In this document: positions 50,901-61,200 of the stretch, one piece after another
Position numbering within the stretch: the first letter of the stretch is position 1
Layout of the letters: every line of letters begins with the position of its first letter
Assembly (NCBI GenBank): GCA_964016885.1
Contig: CAXHJY010000898.1
Span: 124,001-188,000, forward strand
Length of the DNA stretch: 64,000 bases
Reading direction: 5' to 3'
From: Eledone cirrhosa
Taxonomy: Eukaryota
Translations under genes and position numbers: made by a program
The notes under the pieces: model-generated
The model's database searches: none
Seen by the model: the letters and a program-made list of their open reading frames with translations, nothing else
What the model was told of the DNA's origin: nothing

Positions 50901-51780
50901 CTTAGGATAGCTTAGCTTAGGATAGCTTAGGATAGCTTACCTTAGGAGAGCTTAGCTTAGGATAGCTTAGCTTAGGATAGCTTAGGATAGCTTAGCTTAG
51001 GATAGCTTAGCTTAGGATAGCTTAGCTTAGGATAGCTTAGGATAGCTTAGCTTAGCTTAGCTTAGGATAGCTTAGCTTAGCTTAGCTTAGGATAGCTTAG
51101 CTTAGGTTAGCTTAGCTTAGCTTAGCTTAGCTTAGGATAGCTTAGCTTAGGATAGCTTAGGATAGCTTAGGATAGCTTAGCTTAGGATAGCTTAGCTTAG
51201 GATAGCTTAGGATAGCTTAGCTTAGGATAGCTTAGGATAGCTTAGCTTAGGATAGCTTAGCTTAGGATAGCTTAGGATAGCTTAGCTTAGCTTAGCTTAG
51301 GATAGCTTAGCTTAGCTTAGCTTAGGATAGCTTAGCTTAGCTTAGGATTGCTTAGCTTAGCTTAGCTTAGGATAGCTTAGGATAGCTTAGCTTAGGATAG
51401 CTTAGCTTAGGATAGCTTAGGATAGCTTAGGATAGCTTAGCTTAGCTTAGCTTAGGATAGCTTAGCTTAGCTTAGCTTAGCTTAGCTTAGGATAGCTTAG
51501 CTTAGCTTAGCTTAGGATAGCTTAGCTTAGCTTAGGATAGCTTAGCTTAGCTTAGCTTAGGATAGCTTAGCTTAGCTTAGCTTAGGACAGCTTAGCTTAG
51601 CTTAGCTTAGGATAGCTTAGCTTAGCTTAGGATAGCTTAGCTTAGCTTAGCTTAGGATAGCTTAGCTTAGGATAGCTTAGCTTAGGATAGCTTAGCTTGG
51701 GTTAGCTTAGCTTAGCTTAGCTTAGGATAGCTTAGGATAGCTTAGCTTAGGATAGCTTAGCTTAGCTTAGCTTAGGATAG
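44980..51780 (+). repeat. Tandem duplication with ~3.3-3.5-kb period, homologous to 33.5-39.8 kb
   Basis: CATAG 45454/48943, TTTAG 45804/49288, GATAT 46539/50022, GTAG 47529/50792, GACAG 48313/51586. Boundaries approximate. Confidence 0.8.
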
Positions 51781-54700
51781 CTTAGCTTAGCTTAGCTTAG
51801 GATAGCTTAGCTTAGGTTAGCTTAGGATAGCTTAGGATAGCTTAGCTTAGGATAGCTTAGGATAGCTTAGCTTAGGATAGCTTAGCTTAGGATAGCTTAG
51901 CTTAGGTTAGCTTAGCTTAGCTTAGCTTAGGATAGCTTAGGATAGCTTAGCTTAGGATAGCTTAGCTTAGCTTAGCTTAGGATAGCTTAGCTTAGGATAG
52001 CTTAGGATAGCTTAGCTTAGGATAGCTTAGCTTAGGATAGCTTAGCTTAGGATAGCTTAGGATAGCTTAGCTTAGCTTAGCTTAGGATAGCTTAGCTTAG
52101 CTTAGCTTAGGATAGCTTAGCTTAGGTTAGCTTAGCTTAGCTTAGCTTAGGATAGCTTAGCTTAGGATAGCTTAGGATAGCTTTGCTTAGGATAGCTTAG
52201 CTTAGGATAGCTTAGGATAGCTTAGCTTAGGATAGCTTAGAATAGCTTAGCTTAGGATAGCTTAGCTTAGGATAGCTTAGGATAGCTTAGCTTAGCTTAG
52301 CTTAGGATAGCTTAGCTTAGCTTAGCTTAGGATAGCTTAGCTTAGCTTAGCTTAGGATAGCTTAGCTTAGCTTAGCTTAGGATAGCTTAGGATATCTTAG
52401 CTTAGGATAGCTTAGGATAGCTTAGGATAGCTTAGCTTAGCTTAGCTTAGGATAGCTTAGCTTAGCTTAGCTTAGGATAGCTTAGCTTAGCTTAGCTTAG
52501 GATAGCTTAGCTTAGCTTAGGATAGCTTAGCTTAGCTTAGCTTAGGATAGCTTAGCTTAGCTTAGCTTAGGATAGCTTAGCTTAGCTTAGGATAGCTTAG
52601 CTTAGCTTAGGATAGCTTAGCTTAGCTTAGCTTAGGATAGCTTAGCTTAGCTTAGCTTAGGATAGCTTAGCTTAGCTTAGCTTAGGATAGCTTAGCTTAG
52701 CTTAGCTTAGGATAGCTTAGCTTAGCTTAGCTTAGGATAGCTTAGCTTAGCTTAGGATAGCTTAGCTTAGCTTAGCTTAGGATAGCTTAGCTTAGCTTAG
52801 CTTAGGATAGCTTAGCTTAGCTTAGCTTAGGATAGCTTAGCTTAGCTTGGCTTAGGATAGCTTAGCTTAGCTTGGCTTAGGATAGCTTAGCTTAGCTTAG
52901 CTTAGGATAGCTTAGCTTAGCTTAGCTTAGGATAGCTTAGCTTAGCTTAGCTTAGGATAGCTTAGCTTAGCTTAGCTTAGGATAGCTTAGCTTAGTTTAG
53001 GATAGCTTAGCTTAGCTTAGCTTAGGATAGCTTAGGATAGCTTAGCTTAGGATAGCTTAGGATAGCTTAGCTTAGGATAGCTTAGGATAGCTTAGGTTAG
53101 GATAGCTTAGCTTAGGATAGCTTAGGATAGCTTAGCTTAGGATAGCTTAGGATAGCTTAGCTTAGGATAGCTTAGGATAGCTTAGCTTAGGATAGCTTAG
53201 CTTAGGATAGTTTAGGAAAGCTTAGCTTAGCTTAGCTTAGGATAGCTTAGCTTAGCTTAGCTTAGGATAGCTTAGCTTAGCTTAGCTTAGGATAGCTTAG
53301 GATAGCTTAGCTTAGGATAGCTTAGGATAGCTTAGCTTAGGATAGCTTAGCTTAGGAGAGCTTAGCTTAGGATAGCTTAGGATAGCTTAGCTTAGGATAG
53401 CTTAGGATAGCTTAGCTTAGGATAGCTTAGCTTAGGATAGCTTAGGATAGCTTAGCTTAGCTTAGCTTAGGATAGCTTAGCTTAGCTTAGCTTAGGATAG
53501 CTTAGCTTAGCTTAGCTTAGCTTAGGATAGCTTATCTTAGCTTAGCTTAGGATAGCTTAGGATAGCTTAGCTTAGGATAGCTTAGGATAGCTTAGCTTAG
53601 GATAGCTTAGGATAGCTTAGCTTAGGATAGCTTAGGATAGCTTAGCTTAGGATAGCTTAGCTTAGGATAGCTTAGCTTAGCTTAGCTTAGGATAGCTTAG
53701 CTTAGGATAGCTTAGGATAGCTTAGCTTAGGATAGCTTAGCTTAGCTTAGCTTAGGATAGCTTAGCTTAGCTTAGCTTAGGATAGCTTAGCTTAGCTTAG
53801 CTTAGGATAGCTTAGCTTAGCTTAGGATAGCTTAGCTTAGCTTAGCTTAGGAAAGCTTAGCTTAGCTTAGCTTAGGATAGCTTAGCTTAGGATAGCTTAG
53901 CTTAGGATAGCTTAGCTTAGGTTAGCTTAGCTTAGCTTAGCTTAGGATAGCTTAGGATAGCTTAGCTTAGGATAGCTTAGCTTAGCTTAGGATAGCTTAG
54001 CCTAGCTTAGCTTAGGATAGCTTAGCTTAGCTTAGCTTAGGATAGCTTAGCATAGGATAGCTTAGGATAGCTTAGCTTAGCTTAGCTTAGGATAGCTTAG
54101 CTTAGCTTAGGATAGCTTAGCTTAGCTTAGGATAGCTTAGCTTAGCTTAGCTTAGGATAGCTTAGCTTAGCTTAGCTTAGGATAGCTTAGCTTAGGTTAG
54201 CTTAGGATAGCTTAGGATAGCTTAGGATAGCTTAGCTTAGCTTAGCTTAGGATAGCTTAACTTAGCTTAGGATAGCTTAGCTTAGCTTAGCTTAGGATAG
54301 CTTAGCTTAGCTTAGCTTAGGATAGCTTAGCTTAGCTTAGCTTAGGATAGCTTAGCTTAGCTTAGCTTAGGATAGCTTAGCTTAGCTTAGCTTAGGATAG
54401 CTTAGCTTAGCTTAGCTTAGAATAGCTTAGCTTAGGATAGCTTAGCTTAGGATAGCTTAGGATAGCTTAGCTTAGGATAGCTTAGGATAGCTTAGCTTAG
54501 GATAGCTTAGCTTAGCTTAGCTTAGGATAGCTTAGCTTAGCTTAGGATAGCTTAGCTTAGCTTAGCTTAGGATAGCTTAGCTTAGGATAGCTTAGGAAAG
54601 CTTAGCTTAGCTTAGCTTAGCTTAGCTTAGCTTAGCTTAGCTTAGGATAGCTTAGCTTAGCTTAGGATAGTTTAGCTTAGCTTAGCTTAGGATAGCTTAG

Positions 54701-55200
54701 CTTAGCTTAGCTTAGGATAGCTTAGCTTAGCTTAGCTTAGGATAGCTTAGCTTAGCTTAGGATAGCTTAGCTTAGCTTAGCTTAGGATAGCTTAGCTTAG
54801 CTTAGGATAGCTTAGCTCAGCTTAGCTTAGGATAGCTTAGCTTAGCTTAGCTTAGGATAGCTTAGCTTAGGATAGCTTAGCTTAGCTTAGGATAGCTTAG
54901 CTTAGCTTAGCTTAGGATAGCTTAGCTTAGCTTAGCTTAGGATAGCTTAGCTTAGCTTAGCTTAGTATAGCTTAGCTTAGCTTAGCTTAGGATAGCTTAG
55001 CTTAGCTTAGCTTAGGATAGCTTAGCTTAGCTTAGCTTAGGATAGCTTAGCTTAGCTTAGCTTAGGATAGCTTAGCTTAGCTTAGCTTAGGATAGCTTAG
55101 CTTAGCTTGGCTTAGGATAGCTTAGCTTAGCTTGGCTTAGGATAGCTTAGCTTAGCTTAGCTTAGGATAGCTTAGCTTAGCTTAGCTTAGCTTAGCTTAG

Positions 55201-58200
55201 CTTAGGATAGCTTAGCTTAGCTTAGCTTAGCTTAGGATAGCTTAGCTTAGCTTAGCTTAGCTTAGGATAGCTTAGCTTAGCTTAGCTTAGCTTAGGATAG
55301 CTTAGCTTAGCTTAGCTTAGGATAGCTTAGCTTAGTTTAGGATAGCTTAGCTTAGCTTAGCTTAGGATAGCTTAGGATAGCTTAGCTTAGGATAGCTTAG
55401 GATAGCTTAGCTTAGGATAGCTTAGGATAGCTTAGGTTAGGATAGCTTAGCTTAGGATAGCTTAGGATAGCTTAGCTTAGGATAGCTTAGGATAGCTTAG
55501 CTTAGTATAGCTTAGGATAGCTTAGCTTAGAATAGCTTAGCTTAGGATAGCTTAGGAAAGCTTAGCTTAGCTTAGCTTAGGATAGCTTAGCTTAGCTTAG
55601 CTTAGGATAGCTTAGCTTAGCTTAGCTTAGGATAGCTTAGGATAGCTTAGCTTAGGATAGCTTAGGATAGCTTAGCTTTGGATAGCTTAGCTTAGGAGAG
55701 CTTAGCTTAGGATAGCTTAGGATAGCTTAGCTTAGGATAGCTTAGGATAGCTTAGCTTAGGATAGCTTAGCTTAGGATAGCTTAGGATAGCTTAGCTTAG
55801 CTTAGCTTAGGATAGCTTAGCTTAGCTTAGCTTAGCTTAGGATAGCTTAGCTTAGCTTAGCTTAGCTTAGGATAGCTTAGCTTAGCTTAGCTTAGGATAG
55901 CTTAGGATAGCTTAGCTTAGGATAGCTTAGGATAGCTTAGCTTAGGATAGCTTAGGATAGCTTAGCTTAGAATAGCTTAGGATAGCTTAGCTTAGGATAG
56001 CTTAGCTTAGGATAGCTTAGCTTAGCTTAGCTTAGGATAGCTTAGCTTAGGATAGCTTAGGATAGCTTAGCTTAGGATAGCTTAGCTAAGGATAGCTTAG
56101 GATAGCTTAGCTTAGCTTAGCTTAGGATAGCTTAGCTTAGCTTAGGATAGCTTAGCTTAGCTTAGGATAGCTTAGCTTAGCTTAGCTTAGGATAGCTTAG
56201 CTTAGCTTAGCTTAGGATAGCTTAGCTTAGCTTAGCTTAGGATAGCTTAGCTTAGCTTAGGATAGCTCAGCTTAGCTTAGCTTAGGAAAGCTTAGCTTAG
56301 CTTAGCTTAGGATAGCTTAGCTTAGGATAGCTTAGCTTAGGATAGCTTAGCTTAGGTTAGCTTAGCTTAGCTTAGCTTAGGATAGCTTAGGATAGCTTAG
56401 CTTAGGATAGCTTAGCTTAGCTTAGCTTAGGATAGCTTAGCTTAGCTTAGCTTAGGATAGCTTAGCTTAGCTTAGCTTAGGATAGCTTAGCTTAGGATAG
56501 CTTAGGATAGCTTAGCTTAGCTTAGCTTAGGATAGTTTAGCTTAGCTTAGCTTAGGATAGCTTAGCTTAGCTTAGGATAGCTTAGCTTAGCTTAGCTTAG
56601 GATAGCTTAGCTTAGCTTAGCTTAGGATAGCTTAGCTTAGGTTAGCTTAGGATAGCTTAGGATAGCTTAGCTTAGGATAGCTTAGGATAGCTTAGCTTAG
56701 GATAGCTTAGCTTAGGATAGCTTAGCTTAGGTTAGCTTAGCTTAGCTTAGCTTAGGATAGCTTAGGATAGCTTAGCTTAGGATAGCTTAGCTTAGCTTAG
56801 CTTAGGATAGCTTAGCTTAGGATAGCTTAGGATAGCTTAGCTTAGGATAGCTTAGCTTAGGATAGCTTAGCTTAGGATAGCTTAGGATAGCTTAGCTTAG
56901 CTTAGCTTAGGATAGCTTAGCTTAGCTTAGCTTAGGATAGCTTAGCTTAGGTTAGCTTAGCTTAGCTTAGCTTAGGATAGCTTAGCTTAGGATAGCTTAG
57001 GATAGCTTAGCTTAGGATAGCTTAGCTTAGGATAGCTTAGGATAGCTTAGCTTAGGATAGCTTAGAATAGCTTAGCTTAGGATAGCTTAGCTTAGGATAG
57101 CTTAGGATAGCTTAGCTTAGCTTAGCTTAGGATAGCTTAGCTTAGCTTAGCTTAGGATAGCTTAGCTTAGCTTAGCTTAGGATAGCTTAGCTTAGCTTAG
57201 CTTAGGATAGCTTAGGATAGCTTAGCTTAGGATAGCTTAGGATAGCTTAGGATAGCTTAGCTTAGCTTAGCTTAGGATAGCTTAGCTTAGCTTAGCTTAG
57301 GATAGCTTAGCTTAGCTTAGCTTAGGATAGCTTAGCTTAGCTTAGGATAGCTTAGCTTAGCTTAGCTTAGGATAGCTTAGCTTAGCTTAGCTTAGGATAG
57401 CTTAGCTTAGCTTAGGATAGCTTAGCTTAGCTTAGGATAGCTTAGCTTAGCTTAGCTTAGGATAGCTTAGCTTAGCTTAGCTTAGGATAGCTTAGCTTAG
57501 CTTAGCTTAGGATAGCTTAGCTTAGCTTAGCTTAGGATAGCTTAGCTTAGCTTAGCTTAGGATAGCTTAGCTTAGCTTAGCTTAGGATAGCTTAGCTTAG
57601 CTTAGCTTAGGATAGATTAGCTTAGCTTAGGATAGCTTAGCTTAGCTTAGCTTAGGAAAGCTTAGCTTAGCTTAGGATAGCTTAGCTTAGCTTAGCTTAG
57701 GAGAGCTTAGCTTAGCTTAGGATAGCTTAGCTTAGCTTAGCTTAGGATAGCTTAGCTTAGCTTAGCTTAGGTAGCTTAGCTTAGCTTAGCTTAGGATAGC
57801 TTAGCTTAGCTTAGCTTAGGATAGCTTAGGATAGCTTAGCTTAGGATAGCTTAGGATAGCTTACCTTAGGAGAGCTTAGCTTAGGATAGCTTAGCTTAGG
57901 ATAGCTTAGGATAGCTTAGCTTAGGATAGCTTAGCTTAGGATAGCTTAGCTTAGGATAGCTTAGGATAGCTTAGCTTAGCTTAGCTTAGGATAGCTTAGC
58001 TTAGCTTAGCTTAGGATAGCTTAGCTTAGGTTAGCTTAGCTTAGCTTAGCTTAGGATAGCTTAGGATAGCTTAGCTTAGGATAGCTTAGGATAGCTTAGC
58101 TTAGGATAGCTTAGGATAGCTTAGCTTAGGATAGCTTAGCTTAGGATAGCTTAGGATTGCTTAGCTTAGGATAGCTTAGGATAGCTTAGCTTAGGATCGC

Positions 58201-61200
58201 TTAGGATAGCTTAGCTTAGCTTAGCTTAGGATAGCTTAGCTTAGCTTAGCTTAGGATAGCTTAGCTTAGCTTAGCTTAGGATAGCTTAGCTTAGCTTAGC
58301 TTAGGATAGCTTAGGATAGCTTAGCTTAGGATAGCTTAGGATAGCTTAGCTTAGGATAGCTTAGGATAGCTTAGCTTAGGATAGCTTAGCTTAGGATAGC
58401 TTAGCTTAGGATAGCTTAGGATAGCTTAGCTTAGGATAGCTTAGGATAGCTTAGCTTAGGATAGCTTAGCTTAGGATAGCTTAGCTTAGGATAGCTTAGG
58501 ATAGCTTAGCTTAGCTTAGCTTAGGATAGCTTAGCTTAGCTTAGCTTAGGATAGCTTAGCTTAGCTTAGCTTAGGATAGCTTAGCTTAGCTTAGCTTAGG
58601 ATAGCTTAGGATAGCTTAGCTTAGGATAGCTTAGGATAGCTTAGCTTAGGTTAGCTTAGGATAGCTTAGCTTAGGATAGATTAGCTTAGGATAGCTTAGC
58701 TTAGGATAGCTTAGGATAGCTTAGCTTAGGATAGCTTAGGATAGCTTAGCTTAGAATAGCTTAGCTTAGGATAGCTTAGGAAAGCTTAGCTTAGCTTAGC
58801 TTAGGATAGCTTAGCTTAGCTTAGCTTAGGATAGCTTAGCTTAGCTTAGCTTAGGATAGCTTAGGATAGCTTAGCTTAGGATAGCTTAGGATAGCTTAGC
58901 TTTGGATAGCTTAGCTTAGGAGAGCTTAGCTTAGGATAGCTTAGGATAGCTTAGCTTAGGATAGCTTAGGATAGCTTAGCTTAGGATAGCTTAGCTTAGG
59001 ATAGCTTAGGATAGCTTAGCTTAGCTTAGCTTAGGATAGCTTAGCTTAGCTTAGCTTAGGATAGCTTAGCTTAGCTTAGCTTAGCTTAGGATAGCTTAGC
59101 TTAGCTTAGCTTAGGATAGCTTAGGATAGCTTAGCTTAGGATAGCTTAGGATAGCTTAGCTTAGGATAGCTTAGGATAGCTTAGCTTAGGATAGCTTAGG
59201 ATAGCTTAGCTTAGGATAGCTTAGCTTAGGATAGCTTAGCTTAGCTTAGCTTAGGATAGCTTAGCTTAGGATAGCTTAGGATAGCTTAGCTTAGGATAGC
59301 TTAGCTTAGGATAGCTTAGGATAGCTTAGCTTAGCTTAGCTTAGGATAGCTTAGCTTAGCTTAGCTTAGGATAGCTTAGCTTAGCTTAGGATAGCTTAGC
59401 TTAGCTTAGCTTAGGATAGCTTAGCTTAGCTTAGCTTAGGATAGCTTAGCTTAGCTTAGCTTAGGATAGCTTAGCTTAGCTTAGGATAGCTCAGCTTAGC
59501 TTAGCTTAGGATAGCTTAGCTTAGGTTAGCTTAGGATAGCTTAGGATAGCTTAGGATAGCTTAGCTTAGCTTAGCTTAGGATAGCTTAGCTTAGCTTAGC
59601 TTAGGATAGCTTAGCTTAGCTTAGCTTAGGATAGCTTAGCTTAGCTTAGGATAGCTTAGCTTAGCTTAGCTTAGGATAGCTTAGCTTAGCTTAGGATAGC
59701 TTAGCTTAGCTTAGCTTAGGATAGCTTAGCTTTGCTTAGGATAGCTTAGCTTAGCTTAGCTTAGGATAGCTTAGCTTAGCTTAGCTTAGGATAGCTTAGC
59801 TTAGGTTAGCTTAGGATAGCTTAGGATAGCTTAGGATAGCTTAGCTTAGCTTAGCTTAGGATAGCTTAGCTTAGCTTAGCTTAGGATAGCTTAGCTTAGC
59901 TTAGCTTAGGATAGATTAGCTTAGCTTAGGATAGCTTAGCTTAGCTTAGCTTAGGATAGCTTAGCTTAGCTTAGGATAGCTTAGCTTAGCTTAGCTTAGG
60001 ATAGCTTAGCTTTGCTTAGGATAGCTTAGCTTAGCTTAGCTTAGGATAGCTTAGCTTAGCTTAGCTTAGGATAGCTTAGCTTAGCTTAGCTTAGGATAGA
60101 TTAGCTTAGCTTAGGATAGCTTAGCTTAGCTTAGCTTAGGAAAGCTTAGCTTAGCTTAGGATAGCTTAGCTTAGCTTAGCTTAGGAGAGCTTAGCTTAGC
60201 TTAGGATAGCTTAGCTTAGCTTAGCTTAGGATAGCTTAGCTTAGCTTAGCTTAGGTAGCTTAGCTTAGCTTAGCTTAGGATAGCTTAGCTTAGCTTAGCT
60301 TAGCTTAGGATAGCTTAGCTTAGCTTAGCTTAGGATAGCTTAGCTTAGCTTAGGATAGCTTAGGATAGCTTAGCTTAGGATAGCTTAGGATAGCTTACCT
60401 TAGGAGAGCTTAGCTTAGGATAGCTTAGCTTAGGATAGCTTAGGATAGCTTAGCTTAGGATAGCTTAGCTTAGGATAGCTTAGCTTAGGATAGCTTAGGA
60501 TAGCTTAGCTTAGCTTAGCTTAGGATAGCTTAGCTTAGCTTAGCTTAGGATAGCTTAGCTTAGGTTAGCTTAGCTTAGCTTAGCTTAGGATAGCTTAGCT
60601 TAGGATAGCTTAGGATAGCTTAGCTTAGGATAGCTTAGCTTAGGATAGCTTAGCTTAGCTTTGCTTAGGATAGCTTAGCTTAGCTTAGCTTAGGATAGCT
60701 TAGCTTAGCTTAGCTTAGGATAGCTTAGCTTAGCTTAGCTTAGGATAGCTTAGCTTAGCTTAGCTTAGGATAGCTTAGCTTAGGATAGCTTAGCTTAGCT
60801 TAGCTTAGGATCGCTTAGCTTAGCTTAGCTTAGGATAGCTTAGCTTAGCTTAGGATAGCTTAGCTTAGCTTAGCTTAGGATAGCTTAGCTTAGCTTAGGA
60901 TAGCTTAGGATAGCTTAGCTTAGGAGAGCTTAGCTTAGCTTAGCTTAGGATAGCTTAGCTTAGCTTAGCTTAGGATAGCTTAGCTTAACTTAGCTTAGGA
61001 TAGCTTAGCTTAGCTTAACTTAGGATAGCTTAGCTTAGCTTAGCTTAGGATAGCTTAGCTTAGCTTAGCTTAGGATAGCTTAGCTTAGCTTAGCTTAGGA
61101 TAGCTTAGGATAGCTTAGCTTAGGATAGCTTAGGATAGCTTACCTTAGGAGAGCTTAGCTTAGGATAGCTTAGCTTAGGATAGCTTAGGATAGCTTAGCT